From: Dudresnaya verticillata
Taxonomy: Eukaryota
Length of the DNA: 64,000 nucleotides
Direction of reading: 5' to 3'
Assembly (NCBI GenBank): GCA_977862235.1
Contig: OZ374563.1
Location: 1,736,001-1,800,000, forward strand
Position 1 is the stretch's first letter; each line of letters starts with the position of its first letter. The notes under the pieces were generated by a model, which worked only from the letters and a program-made list of their open reading frames with translations, had not been told where the DNA came from and ran no database searches. Made by a program: the position numbers and the translations under genes. Positions 9,160 to 22,065 of the stretch are shown here, piece after piece.

Positions 9160-10227
9160 ATGCAATTCTCTCGGGCAGTATCCGCGCTACCGCGGCGAAC
9201 CTTTGCGCAGCACCACGTGCGCCGGCTACAGGGCACGCCGCCGCGGGGCACGCCGCGGAAGACGATGCGCACGCTGCGCCACAAGTACGAGCGAGGCGGG
9301 TCGCTGACCATGCTGACTGCGTACGACTACCCCTCCGCGCTGCACGCGGACCGCGCGGGCGTGGACGCCGTGCTGGTCGGCGACTCGCTGGGCATGGTCG
9401 TGCTGGGCTCGCGCACCACGCAGGCAGTCACGCTGGACGATATGGTACACCACGCGCGCGCTGCGCGTCGCGGAGTGCACGACGCTTTGCTCGTGGCTGA
9501 CCTACCGTTCGGTACGTACGAGACGAGCACGTCGCAGGCAGTTTCGTCCGCAGTGCGACTGGTCAAGGAAGCCGGCGTGGACGCCGTTAAGCTGGAGGGC
9601 GGCCGCGATCGGCAGCACATCCTGTCTGCTGTGGTTGACGCCGGTGTCGCCGTCATGGGCCATGTCGGGTTGCAGCCGCAGGCTGTGAGCAGGCTAGGGG
9701 GCTTTCGCGCTGTTGGTAAGAGCTGTGGAGAAGCCTGGCGCGTACTGGACGACGCTCGTGCTGTGGAGGCTGCAGGCGCATTCGCGTTCGTCATCGAGTG
9801 TGTACCGGAGCGCCTCGCGGGTGTTGTTCGCCGCGCCGTGGACATTCCAACGGTGGGCATTGGTAGTGGTGTGGAATGTGACGGGCAGGTGTTGGTGTAT
9901 CATGATATGCTTGGGATTCTGTCGCACCCGCACCATGCCAAGGTAGCACCCAAGTTTTCCAAGCTGTTTGCCGAGCTTGGCCCCCTTATCGACGAGGCCA
10001 TTAGAGAGTACTGCCGTCAGGTCGAACAGGGCGAATTTCCAAGTGAGAGGTATTCGCCATACTCCATTCCGGATAAAGAGTTTGATGACTTTCTGCGACA
10101 AGCCGGGGATCTGGAGGTGCGCAAGCGTGCCATCGAGGCTCGCGAGGAACGCCAGCAGCCACTGAAAGACGCTGGATCTCCTCGCGACGCCAGTCCACAA
10201 AGCACACAAGGTATTTCCGTATACTGA
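9160..10227 (+). CDS. panB: 3-methyl-2-oxobutanoate (ketopantoate) hydroxymethyltransferase, with probable mitochondrial presequence
   Basis: MLTAYD, LVGDSLGMVVLG, VADLPFG, VKLEGG, MGHVGLQPQ, GIGSG-x-CDGQVLV-x-HDMLG motifs; Arg/Ser/Ala-rich acid-free N-terminus. Confidence 0.97.
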   Translation: MQFSRAVSALPRRTFAQHHVRRLQGTPPRGTPRKTMRTLRHKYERGGSLTMLTAYDYPSALHADRAGVDAVLVGDSLGMVVLGSRTTQAVTLDDMVHHARAARRGVHDALLVADLPFGTYETSTSQAVSSAVRLVKEAGVDAVKLEGGRDRQHILSAVVDAGVAVMGHVGLQPQAVSRLGGFRAVGKSCGEAWRVLDDARAVEAAGAFAFVIECVPERLAGVVRRAVDIPTVGIGSGVECDGQVLVYHDMLGILSHPHHAKVAPKFSKLFAELGPLIDEAIREYCRQVEQGEFPSERYSPYSIPDKEFDDFLRQAGDLEVRKRAIEAREERQQPLKDAGSPRDASPQSTQGISVY

Positions 10228-10278
10228 GTAGCTTGGAATCGGCACATGACAGTCGGTGATGAGGTTAAAACATCTGTG

Positions 10279-11060
10279 TTAAGGTCGTTCCCCTACGCCC
10301 CCACACATGTCATACACAGCCTGTGCTATTTGCAGGGCAATCTCATCTGCCTTGCCACCACTCCCGACAGGCGCCTCGGCGTACACTCGAACAATATCTT
10401 CTGTACCACTCGGCCGTACGAAAGCCCGACAGCCCTCTCCGGTAGAAATCTTCATGACAGCGTCGCGAAGTGCCCGCGGCTCCCTGACGAGACGGTCGCA
10501 GTCCTCCGTAGCGATCACACTCTTATCAGCAATACGCACCACGAGATTGCTACTGCATCTCTCGTCGTACAGCATAAGGCAATCCGCGAACGACATCCCT
10601 TCACTCGCGAGAATGCCCAGCACGAGCAGCAAGTCGGCCACGCCGTCGCCCACAGCCTGGTTGGCCAGCTCACTCATCGCAAGCAGCAGGGACAGACTGA
10701 GTTTTTGCTCCGATTCGGCCGGCTCACCCCCCAGGCGATCCATCGCCGCGGACAGGGCCGCGACGGCGTTGTCGCCGAACAAAATTGTGCCGTGTCCATT
10801 CGGTTCCCAATAAATACCTATATCAAACGTCCGCACGGCACGCTCCAGATGCTTGACGCCTGTCTTCGCGATGACGACCTCCACGCCGGCGAGGGCGGAC
10901 AAAAATTCTGTGGCAGCGCCGTTTGAGTACGCCGTCTGTGCAACAGCAACGGTGAGTCCAGATACGGCGGCCTGCGTGAGATGTCTGGCCACAAACGACG
11001 AGACAAGCGCGGCAAAGCGGTCGCCGTCGGCCAACACGACATCCTGCCCCTTCGGGCGTG
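10279..11060 (-). pseudogene. PGM3: 5'-truncated PGM3, copy 2
   Basis: Same as 221-1002 shifted by 10058. Confidence 0.9.
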
Positions 11061-12007
11061 TAGACAGTTCTATTGTCTGCCGTGGTTGAGAGGTACCTTC
11101 AAGGTAGGCACGAAGTCGATAATAACATAGAAGCGTGCTTACGCGGAGATACAGTTGTAGCGTCTGCAGGAGTTGAGAGGTAGAAAGTGCGGAAAGGAGT
11201 GGGATCATCTGCTGCAACTCCAGAGCGAAAGGCGCAACCTGGGTAGAGATGATGCGTGCACCGGGGGGCCAGTCGCGCAGCTAATTGAAGGCAATTTCAC
11301 ACCATTCACGAAGTCTTTTTTTGAAGTCATGGGTGCCGACCAGCAATGAATGTGCGCACGTAGGACGTCATTTTGATGAACGCGCTTCAGATGAAGTGTT
11401 CCAATTGTTCACACCTCCTCATGAAAAGGTAGACAAGGTGAAACTGAAAAGTTCCACCCTTCTGTTTCCAAATCACGTGCGTCTCCGTCATTGTTTCCAG
11501 CAAACTTGCTGCAGATCAGGCAGGAGTTTTCCTCCACATCAACTCGTTCGAGACAGGTCCTCTCCATCTCCTCGTCCCCGAGCTGTACTGTTGCTCCACA
11601 CCTCCAAGTCGCGAAGCAAGACTCTTGCAGCATTCCATACCCGCAATTCTGCAAGACAACGGCGATGTCGCTGTCCCAATTGCCAAATTAACGTCCATCT
11701 GCAGGAAAAATGGTAAGACAACAAGAGCATGTAAGGTGAGCTGTCACCGTTGGCAAGTCCTGCCAACTTGAAGGGAGAACCCAGTTTATACGTCAGCAGG
11801 CCATGAGGCCTTCGGTTCCGGATGTTCATTCCATGAAGGCTGAGCACCTGCACACTATATAACGATTGAATTCAGACTTCGCTCCCCCGCCTTGCTTTCC
11901 TGCGCCTGCTATCCTCAGCACCTGGTTCTAACTCACGCCCGCCCTTTGCACCATTCCATCTCGAATCTGAGCTGCTCAGCCCTAACATCAATCCTCTTCC
12001 AACTACC

Positions 12008-12853
12008 ATGGACTGCGGCGACTTTTACGAAGCCGGCTACGCCTGGCTCGTCGACAGCGACGCAATAGACTCCATCCGCCCGATGACCAAGTACGAGATC
12101 CTTCAGGAGAGCGCGTCGTGCTGGTTCCATGTCGAGACGGGCGCCGCCGCCGCGGGCGAGGGGCTCTGCCAGCTCCCGTGGCAGAAGAAGTTCACGTCCA
12201 TCCACGGCAACGACATCCAGGGATGCCATGCTATGTTTGAGGAGGAGAAGAGGCGTGCCAGATACCCGGTGTACAAGTGCGCCATCTCCTACAAGCACCG
12301 TCTGGACAGGGGCGGAGATGTCCCAGTTCTGACCGACACACAATTGGGATACCTTAAGAAGCTCCTCCATCTCGTTAAACGTGATAACCAACATATTGGC
12401 AACCACAAGGCCACATACGCACTGTGGCTTGACGACGTGTACACGTTCAGGGTGCGGGACAAGACCAGATCTAGTCGGTGGGTGAGTCATGGCCTCAAGC
12501 CGTACATGAGCAGCACCGTGCTGGCGCTCAACCATCCCGTCTATGCTTGCGGCGGCGGCAAGCTTGGGTTTTGGCTTTGTGCAGAGCAATGGCTCGGGCA
12601 GTCTAGCGGGACCAGGTTCTATCGTATCATGGGTGGGCAAGCGCACCATACAGAATATAAACTTTCTAAACGCAGTGATCCTCTGGGCACGCTGGCGCTT
12701 CTTGTTAAGCTTGCTAGACAGCATGGCCGTCTGAGGCTGAACGATCCCCATGGGGCGGTAGAAGATTTCTTGAGAAGGCATACAAGGGAAAACGTGCCTA
12801 TGGATAAAGGCATTCAGAGAGAGTTTCTGAGGTTTCTTGGAAAGGAGATATGA
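12008..12853 (+). CDS. HET/TIR-like orphan protein, copy 2
   Basis: Translation identical to 1950-2795. Confidence 0.65.
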   Translation: MDCGDFYEAGYAWLVDSDAIDSIRPMTKYEILQESASCWFHVETGAAAAGEGLCQLPWQKKFTSIHGNDIQGCHAMFEEEKRRARYPVYKCAISYKHRLDRGGDVPVLTDTQLGYLKKLLHLVKRDNQHIGNHKATYALWLDDVYTFRVRDKTRSSRWVSHGLKPYMSSTVLALNHPVYACGGGKLGFWLCAEQWLGQSSGTRFYRIMGGQAHHTEYKLSKRSDPLGTLALLVKLARQHGRLRLNDPHGAVEDFLRRHTRENVPMDKGIQREFLRFLGKEI

Positions 12854-13951
12854 GATGGGAGGGAAACTCTTGGATGTAGACGGCTTGTAATGGTGGTTAT
12901 TCAGTTTTGGGATGCTGCAACTGTATCCGTCTCAGTAAAGCGTTCGTTTCTATGTGATATAGACCACCGTTTGCATCGTCGAAGATTGAAAGCATTGGTA
13001 TCAAAGGTTGCCCTTCATCACACAAGATTTCTTATAGTTGCAAGCAGCTGGGGGTACTGAAGGCGAGATTGAAATGAGGCAGACTGTCGTTCTCATCCGC
13101 CCAATGTGTACGAGCGAAGAGACATGCAATGCGCCTTGTACAAGGTAAGGCAATGGATTTTCTAAGCCGCTTGCTGGCCTCCCGTTGGGGAAAAATGCAC
13201 GACGGGCACGTGAGGATCAAGCCGGGTGGGGAAGAAGCGTTCACGACAGCAACAGTGTTGATGTCAACAGACCGATCACAGCTCATGCACTGAGATTCTT
13301 GCGACCAGCGGCCCAATGACAGCAATTTCAGCTCTCCCATGACATTTCCGCGACATTTCCATGATTTGCACTGTCGCAGAGCAGGTTAGCGAGACTTCGC
13401 CATCATCTATCATTTTCATACCTTCTGTAGGGCACACCACAATTTTTCGCTCATTGCTTGCACCGCTTCTGAGTTTCAATGAGTTCCGTAGCAAACTTCT
13501 TCTTAAGAAGGTAGGAAAAGAAGAAATAAATTGAAACTCTCCGAAGATGTGGAATTCAAAGCGTAACTTTCATTTCAGAGTGTAGACTGCAGTCGGCAGT
13601 CGGCCTCTCCTAACAACTGCATTTTGCTGAGGGCAATATCTAGTTTTGTTTTAGACTCTCACGTTGTGTTGAGGTCTGACTACATCATTTGGTTCTTGTT
13701 TTAACGATAGAGGACCCTCCTCTCCCGAGAGAGTCAATCCTCTCCGAGAAAAGAATCTACTCTTGAACATCGAGTTTCCTTTACAAGCACTGTAGTATAA
13801 GTAGCGGCCAGCGTGCAGCTTTCCGAATAAAAAAGGGCATCAGACTCGACAAAGGAGCTGGTCGTTTACGCCACTGCTTCTGCTCAATGCTTCGCGGCGC
13901 GTGTAAAAGAGTCATTGTGGGGACCGCATTACATTACTTGCCAAGCCTTAA

Positions 13952-15034
13952 ATGGTTTTCATCCCAGTCCGTTCTTCCTGGGTTGGTTATTTTATCGAGT
14001 TTGTGTCGATATTCACCGAGCTGGCTCTCCTCAAGGGATTACTCAACTTGCGAGCCTATTTCGAGTGCAAGGAGTTAGAGAAAGGGAATGATATTAGAAT
14101 TAAAGCGCATCTGACTCGCGTCCGCATTATCAAGATATCTGCTCTGGTGCTATTTGTTTTTTCAGGAGGTTTGGTATCTGCTTATAATCAACCCAGGAAA
14201 GAAAAAATCAAGAGAACAGACCGTTGCATAAAAACGTCCTTTGGAATTTCTAAGAAGGATGAAACTACCCTGTCAGAAATTATCTCCTATGGGTGCCTTA
14301 CTGTTGAGAAAAACATCATTTATTTCAAGACGGGCAACTTTAGCTTGAGAAATGGTCAAGGTACTTGCAACAATGAGTTAGCGTTCAGTTTCCAGCTGGG
14401 CGAAGTAGTGAAAATTTCGAAAAGAGATGCTGGAGATGTTGAAGAAAAGTGCGGCGATGGATCCTGTTCTCTGGTGGCTTGGAAAGATGGGCGATTGCTG
14501 GATTCTGGTTTGCAGCCGCCCCGTTTGACAGATGACGAACGTATATCTTTTTATCCCACAAATGTTACAAAAGATATTAGTAACGACCTGCCTCGCTACG
14601 CCGAGAAGGCTTACAACCTGAATGCAGTTCCTGTGACTGACACTGTTGTTTTTAGAAGGAGGTTGCTGATCGGATGGGAGGAAGGTGAATGTCCGTTCGA
14701 GAGCGACAAGCGTGATGGTACAGACCTTCCCTTAGCAATCATCATAATCACTGGTGCAATATGGACACTGACTATCGCCTTTTTCTTGGGAACACTGGTG
14801 TTGAAGCACAATTGCAACATCTTGTATGACCTCAATGATATCAAGAAAATTCTGACCAACACAATTATTAATGGAGACATGAGTAGGACCTCGCCCGACG
14901 ACGGAGTCATCTGTTTACAGGAGGACAGCACGTCCGGTACAAGAAGAGTTACCTATACTACAGTAACTCAACGTCCAACAAAGGACCAAGAGGGAACCGC
15001 TTCTCTGCCTGACACGATAGACACGATGGCCTAA
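13952..15034 (+). CDS. Membrane protein A, copy 2
   Basis: Translation identical to 3894-4976. Confidence 0.8.
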   Translation: MVFIPVRSSWVGYFIEFVSIFTELALLKGLLNLRAYFECKELEKGNDIRIKAHLTRVRIIKISALVLFVFSGGLVSAYNQPRKEKIKRTDRCIKTSFGISKKDETTLSEIISYGCLTVEKNIIYFKTGNFSLRNGQGTCNNELAFSFQLGEVVKISKRDAGDVEEKCGDGSCSLVAWKDGRLLDSGLQPPRLTDDERISFYPTNVTKDISNDLPRYAEKAYNLNAVPVTDTVVFRRRLLIGWEEGECPFESDKRDGTDLPLAIIIITGAIWTLTIAFFLGTLVLKHNCNILYDLNDIKKILTNTIINGDMSRTSPDDGVICLQEDSTSGTRRVTYTTVTQRPTKDQEGTASLPDTIDTMA

Positions 15035-16877
15035 GGGTGAGGAACGACCTCCATTTATGTCTCTTCTTCGCTCGAAGTCGTTCCTGGGCATGAAGTCGAT
15101 TGAAATACAGGGCGTGTGCTACACCTTTCTTTCGTCTTGCTTATGGAGCTCCGCAGCTGTCATCCAGCACATTGTGCAACCTATTTATCACGGACTAGTT
15201 GTATGACGGATTTCCACGTTCTGGGAGAGAGCCACGACGTGCTGCTACACCTTGCTATTCCATGGCCTTTTCTATATCAAAATCGGTACACTTCTGGGTG
15301 CCGTTCATTGCAACCTTTTATTTAATGTAGTCGTTGATATGCTGCAGCGACGTGGACCCGTCGCAGAAGGTCAGGCGGCACGCCGCGGCGCACGGGTCCG
15401 GCGCCAGGTTGGGCGACAGCGCGCGCAGCTGCGGCGCGCGCGGCTTGGCGCTGCGCGCGGCGCGCAGCAGCGACATCAGCAGCAGGGCGGACAGCGGGTG
15501 CAGAGGGTGCGCGCGCGGCATGGCGGAGGGCGGGGCGAGGGCGACGGTGATTGCGCGGCGTGGCGATGGCGGGGGGGCGCGGGGCGCGGGGCGGTGGGGG
15601 GGAATGGTGACATAAGTAGGGGGAAACGGCTGGGAGCGGCGATGTGTGATCTCTCGTGGGGTGAGACTGTGACTCTGAGAGTGGTGGCGGGATGCGGCAG
15701 CGGCAGGAGGGATGGCGTGCTGCAGCGATAGATGCGGCTCCAACGTAACCGCAAATTGCGCGGGCAGTCTCGAGTGATATTGCGGAAAGTTGTGCGGTTC
15801 TTATGACTTCGCTAATGTGATGAACGTTACGAAGCGCTGTTGCGGCTCCCGTCGGGTGCGTATGTGATCACAGTACGGTAGACGCACTGCTACCTGTACG
15901 TCATGTACCTTTGAAGGTATAACACTATTATACTGCACAGGGCAGCTACAGCGGCTTCGCAGTCGCGTCTCCCAATATCTACGCGATGACACGCACAGCA
16001 CTCCCACCTTCCTCCTTGCAACCGCCAGTCTTGCTCCTCGCTACTTGTTGTTTGCGTTATCCAAAGAATAACAAGAAAAAAGCAAGTGGGACTAGACTAC
16101 ACTAGAATCAAGTGGGCCAAGTGCAAGTTGCCGAGACCGGTTTGCTTGTTGTAGTCCCCCCAGCTGTAGAGTGTGCATCAGTTCCAACCGAATATCAAAC
16201 AGACCTTGACCCTTGCAAGGTATAGCAAAAAGTCGGATACGAAAATGTCGCCATTCTCGAAAACGCTCCGCGTGATTCGCACTTCCTCCATGTCCATCAT
16301 TTCGAACACATTATTATGCAAACACTTGTTGTACTATCCAGGCATGTCCCAATGGCAGCAAACAAAGTCGCACTATCATTCCATCCCGGCCTCAGTAACA
16401 CTTTGGCCTTGTGGTACCACCTTATTAACACCATCGAAAAAACTTCAGACGGGAACGAATGTATTGGGCCCATCACTAGCAAACTGGCTTTGGGGCCTTT
16501 ACATATTTGCAGCCCCAGCTCAGCAAGCCTTTCGCACCTCTTCATCATTTCAGCCCACTTCCGTAGAGATTAGAGTATGTAATTCCCAGAAAACTCGGGG
16601 CAAGAATGTGGACTCCATATCGCAGGTTAACGAGACTTCGCCAGAGTCTATCATTTTCATACCTTCTGTAGGGCACAGCACTATTTTTCGCCCATTGCTT
16701 GCATCGCTTCTGATTTTCAATGAGTTCCGTAGCAAACTTCTTCTTAAGAAGGCAGGAAAAGAAGGGGGGGAAATTAAACTCTCCGAAGATGTCGAATCCA
16801 ACGCGTTCAGGAGCAGATACATAACCTGATTTCAGAGCCATTGTGGGGACCGCGTTACATTACTGGCGACGTCTGAA

Positions 16878-17996
16878 ATGGTTTTCATCCCAGTCCGTTC
16901 TTCCTTGGTTGGTTATTTTATCGAGGGTGTTTCGATATTCACCGAGCTGGCTCTCCTCAAGGGATTACTCAACTTGCGAGCCTATTTCGAGTGCAAGGAG
17001 TTAGAGAAAGGGAAAGGTATTAGAATTAAAGCGCATCTGACTCGCGTCCGCGTCATCCAGATATCTGCTGTGGTGCTATTTATTGCCGCAGAAGGTTTGG
17101 TATCTGCTTTTAATCAACCCGGGAAAGAAAAAATCCCGAGAACAGACCGTTGCATAAAAACGTCCTTTGGAATTTCTAAGAAGGATGAAACTCCACTGTC
17201 AGAAATTGTCTCCTATGGGTGCCTTACTGTTGAGAAAAACATCATTTCTTTCAAGACGGGCAACTTTAGCTTGGAAAATGGTCAAGCTACTTGCAGCAAT
17301 GAGACAGCGTTCAGTTTCAAACTCGGCGAAGTAGTGAAAATTTCGAAAAGAGATGCTGGAGATGTTGAAGAAAAGTGCGGCGATGAATCCTGTTCTCTGG
17401 TGGCTTGGAAAGATGGGCGATTGCTGTATTCTGGTGAGTACCCGAAGGATTTGATAAATGACAAACCTATAGAATTTTATCCCACAAATGTTACAAAAGA
17501 TATTAGTAACGACCTTCCTCGCTACGCCGAGAAGGCTCACAAACTGAATGCAGTTCCTGTGACTGACACTGTTGTTTTTAGAAGGAGGTTGCTGATCGGA
17601 TGGGAGGAAGGTGAATGTCCGTTCGAGAGCGACAAGCGTGATGGCACAGACCTTCCCTTAGCAATCATCATAATCACTGGTGCAATATGGACATTGACTA
17701 TCGCCTTTTTCTTGGGAACACTGCCGTTGAAGCGCAATATCTTCTTTGACTTAAATGATAGGAAGAAAGTTCTGACCAACACAATTATTAATGGAGACAT
17801 GAGTAGGGGCTCGCCCGACGATGGAATCATCCGTTTGCAGGGCAGCACGTCCGGTACAAGAAGAGTTACCATTACTACCGTAAATCAACGTCCAACAAGT
17901 CGTTCCAACCGTACTAGTCTGGGTGGCAGTTCGGTTGATACAAAGGACCAAGAGGGAACCGCTTCTCTGCCTGACACGATAGACACGATGGCCTAA
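16878..17996 (+). CDS. Membrane protein B, copy 2
   Basis: Translation identical to 6820-7938. Confidence 0.8.
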   Translation: MVFIPVRSSLVGYFIEGVSIFTELALLKGLLNLRAYFECKELEKGKGIRIKAHLTRVRVIQISAVVLFIAAEGLVSAFNQPGKEKIPRTDRCIKTSFGISKKDETPLSEIVSYGCLTVEKNIISFKTGNFSLENGQATCSNETAFSFKLGEVVKISKRDAGDVEEKCGDESCSLVAWKDGRLLYSGEYPKDLINDKPIEFYPTNVTKDISNDLPRYAEKAHKLNAVPVTDTVVFRRRLLIGWEEGECPFESDKRDGTDLPLAIIIITGAIWTLTIAFFLGTLPLKRNIFFDLNDRKKVLTNTIINGDMSRGSPDDGIIRLQGSTSGTRRVTITTVNQRPTSRSNRTSLGGSSVDTKDQEGTASLPDTIDTMA

Positions 17997-19217
17997 GGGT
18001 GAGGAACGACCTCCATTTATGTCTCTTCTTCGCTCGAAGTCGTTCCTGGGCATGAAGTCGATTGAAATACAGGGCGTGTGCTACGCCCTTCTTTCGTCTT
18101 GCTTATGGAGCTCCGCAGCTGTCATCCAGCACATTGTGCAACCTATTTATCACGGACTAGTTGTATGACGGATTTCCACGTTCTGGGAGAGAGCCACGAC
18201 GTGCTGCTACACCTTGCTATTCCATGGCCTTTTCTACATCAAAATCGGTACACTTCTGGGTGCCGTTCATTGCAACCTTTTATTTAATGTAGTCGTTGAT
18301 ATGCTGCAGCTGAGGTCACTTTCCGGATCTCATTTCTTCTGCACTAACCTATAAATACGTGTTCGGCATTCTATTCACAGCTTCCAGCAATCACTCCCAG
18401 AGGCAATAACAATAAGCGATGATTTCGATAGAATGAATAGGCAGAGCCTTAGAAGAGCATTTGAATCTACGAGGAAAATCCTCAATAGCACAAATCTTGC
18501 GCAGCGCAACTGGTTATCAGCGGCAACTTTCTGCTTAGCTACATGCTGATACCACCTCTCCTTGGAGGGCTCCCAAGTAGCACAGCGCCTCCTCCGTGGT
18601 ACCACTGGGGGAGCAGCAGGCACGTGATCGACAATAGAAGCGTGTTTGTTACATGGAGCTGGCGTCAGCCTGCATAGAAAACTTACTCTTCTCTTTCCGT
18701 GCAGTGACCTCTCATGTGGTCCACTCCGGTAGGACGAGCGTATGAAGCTCTTTCTCAGGAGAACACTAAAGTGCAGCGCAGGTGGCAAAAAGACTGTTGG
18801 CATCTTGTGGGCTGTGTTGTTCATCGTGTCGCGGGCGCAAAAAGGACAGGAGTCCAATCCAAGAGTCTGACCGACGTTTGTCCAGGGACGCCACACCTGC
18901 GCACGCCCTGCTTTCGCTCTCACCATGAATGTCGCGAGATGCAAAAGTGTGTTCGTATGCTCCCAGGAGGCACGTGCTGCGCACATTTTATTGGATGCTG
19001 CCCGTTTTGCTTTGAGATGGGCCCTCACCAAGCCATTTACGGCAATTTCACCTCCCACATCACAATTCCGTGATGTGCGCTGTCCAAGTCGAAGACCAAG
19101 TCACACCTTCCACACGAAACGCCGGGGGCACAAGACGGACGCCGTCGGTGAACCCGCTCGTCGCGGGCAACGGCGCAGCACAGCGCAACCCCAGCCCGAC
19201 CTCGGCGCCTCTCCGCG

Positions 19218-20285
19218 ATGCAATTCTCTCGGGCAGTATCCGCGCTACCGCGGCGAACCTTTGCGCAGCACCACGTGCGCCGGCTACAGGGCACGCCGCC
19301 GCGGGGCACGCCGCGGAAGACGATGCGCACGCTGCGCCACAAGTACGAGCGAGGCGGGTCGCTGACCATGCTGACTGCGTACGACTACCCCTCCGCGCTG
19401 CACGCGGACCGCGCGGGCGTGGACGCCGTGCTGGTCGGCGACTCGCTGGGCATGGTCGTGCTGGGCTCGCGCACCACGCAGGCAGTCACGCTGGACGATA
19501 TGGTACACCACGCGCGCGCTGCGCGTCGCGGAGTGCACGACGCTTTGCTCGTGGCTGACCTACCGTTCGGTACGTACGAGACGAGCACGTCGCAGGCAGT
19601 TTCGTCCGCAGTGCGACTGGTCAAGGAAGCCGGCGTGGACGCCGTTAAGCTGGAGGGCGGCCGCGATCGGCAGCACATCCTGTCTGCTGTGGTTGACGCC
19701 GGTGTCGCCGTCATGGGCCATGTCGGGTTGCAGCCGCAGGCTGTGAGCAGGCTAGGGGGCTTTCGCGCTGTTGGTAAGAGCTGTGGAGAAGCCTGGCGCG
19801 TACTGGACGACGCTCGTGCTGTGGAGGCTGCAGGCGCATTCGCGTTCGTCATCGAGTGTGTACCGGAGCGCCTCGCGGGTGTTGTTCGCCGCGCCGTGGA
19901 CATTCCAACGGTGGGCATTGGTAGTGGTGTGGAATGTGACGGGCAGGTGTTGGTGTATCATGATATGCTTGGGATTCTGTCGCACCCGCACCATGCCAAG
20001 GTAGCACCCAAGTTTTCCAAGCTGTTTGCCGAGCTTGGCCCCCTTATCGACGAGGCCATTAGAGAGTACTGCCGTCAGGTCGAACAGGGCGAATTTCCAA
20101 GTGAGAGGTATTCGCCATACTCCATTCCGGATAAAGAGTTTGATGACTTTCTGCGACAAGCCGGGGATCTGGAGGTGCGCAAGCGTGCCATCGAGGCTCG
20201 CGAGGAACGCCAGCAGCCACTGAAAGACGCTGGATCTCCTCGCGACGCCAGTCCACAAAGCACACAAGGTATTTCCGTATACTGA
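19218..20285 (+). CDS. panB: Ketopantoate hydroxymethyltransferase, second complete copy
   Basis: Translation identical to 9160-10227. Confidence 0.97.
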   Translation: MQFSRAVSALPRRTFAQHHVRRLQGTPPRGTPRKTMRTLRHKYERGGSLTMLTAYDYPSALHADRAGVDAVLVGDSLGMVVLGSRTTQAVTLDDMVHHARAARRGVHDALLVADLPFGTYETSTSQAVSSAVRLVKEAGVDAVKLEGGRDRQHILSAVVDAGVAVMGHVGLQPQAVSRLGGFRAVGKSCGEAWRVLDDARAVEAAGAFAFVIECVPERLAGVVRRAVDIPTVGIGSGVECDGQVLVYHDMLGILSHPHHAKVAPKFSKLFAELGPLIDEAIREYCRQVEQGEFPSERYSPYSIPDKEFDDFLRQAGDLEVRKRAIEAREERQQPLKDAGSPRDASPQSTQGISVY

Positions 20286-20336
20286 GTAGCTTGGAATCGG
20301 CACATGACAGTCGGTGATGAGGTTAAAACATCTGTG

Positions 20337-21118
20337 TTAAGGTCGTTCCCCTACGCCCCCACACATGTCATACACAGCCTGTGCTATTTGCAGGGCAATC
20401 TCATCTGCCTTGCCACCACTCCCGACAGGCGCCTCGGCGTACACTCGAACAATATCTTCTGTACCACTCGGCCGTACGAAAGCCCGACAGCCCTCTCCGG
20501 TAGAAATCTTCATGACAGCGTCGCGAAGTGCCCGCGGCTCCCTGACGAGACGGTCGCAGTCCTCCGTAGCGATCACACTCTTATCAGCAATACGCACCAC
20601 GAGATTGCTACTGCATCTCTCGTCGTACAGCATAAGGCAATCCGCGAACGACATCCCTTCACTCGCGAGAATGCCCAGCACGAGCAGCAAGTCGGCCACG
20701 CCGTCGCCCACAGCCTGGTTGGCCAGCTCACTCATCGCAAGCAGCAGGGACAGACTGAGTTTTTGCTCCGATTCGGCCGGCTCACCCCCCAGGCGATCCA
20801 TCGCCGCGGACAGGGCCGCGACGGCGTTGTCGCCGAACAAAATTGTGCCGTGTCCATTCGGTTCCCAATAAATACCTATATCAAACGTCCGCACGGCACG
20901 CTCCAGATGCTTGACGCCTGTCTTCGCGATGACGACCTCCACGCCGGCGAGGGCGGACAAAAATTCTGTGGCAGCGCCGTTTGAGTACGCCGTCTGTGCA
21001 ACAGCAACGGTGAGTCCAGATACGGCGGCCTGCGTGAGATGTCTGGCCACAAACGACGAGACAAGCGCGGCAAAGCGGTCGCCGTCGGCCAACACGACAT
21101 CCTGCCCCTTCGGGCGTG
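20337..21118 (-). pseudogene. PGM3: 5'-truncated PGM3, copy 3
   Basis: Same as 221-1002 shifted by 20116. Confidence 0.9.
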
Positions 21119-22065
21119 TAGACAGTTCTATTGTCTGCCGTGGTTGAGAGGTACCTTCAAGGTAGGCACGAAGTCGATAATAACATAGAAGCGTGCTTAC
21201 GCGGAGATACAGTTGTAGCGTCTGCAGGAGTTGAGAGGTAGAAAGTGCGGAAAGGAGTGGGATCATCTGCTGCAACTCCAGAGCGAAAGGCGCAACCTGG
21301 GTAGAGATGATGCGTGCACCGGGGGGCCAGTCGCGCAGCTAATTGAAGGCAATTTCACACCATTCACGAAGTCTTTTTTTGAAGTCATGGGTGCCGACCA
21401 GCAATGAATGTGCGCACGTAGGACGTCATTTTGATGAACGCGCTTCAGATGAAGTGTTCCAATTGTTCACACCTCCTCATGAAAAGGTAGACAAGGTGAA
21501 ACTGAAAAGTTCCACCCTTCTGTTTCCAAATCACGTGCGTCTCCGTCATTGTTTCCAGCAAACTTGCTGCAGATCAGGCAGGAGTTTTCCTCCACATCAA
21601 CTCGTTCGAGACAGGTCCTCTCCATCTCCTCGTCCCCGAGCTGTACTGTTGCTCCACACCTCCAAGTCGCGAAGCAAGACTCTTGCAGCATTCCATACCC
21701 GCAATTCTGCAAGACAACGGCGATGTCGCTGTCCCAATTGCCAAATTAACGTCCATCTGCAGGAAAAATGGTAAGACAACAAGAGCATGTAAGGTGAGCT
21801 GTCACCGTTGGCAAGTCCTGCCAACTTGAAGGGAGAACCCAGTTTATACGTCAGCAGGCCATGAGGCCTTCGGTTCCGGATGTTCATTCCATGAAGGCTG
21901 AGCACCTGCACACTATATAACGATTGAATTCAGACTTCGCTCCCCCGCCTTGCTTTCCTGCGCCTGCTATCCTCAGCACCTGGTTCTAACTCACGCCCGC
22001 CCTTTGCACCATTCCATCTCGAATCTGAGCTGCTCAGCCCTAACATCAATCCTCTTCCAACTACC

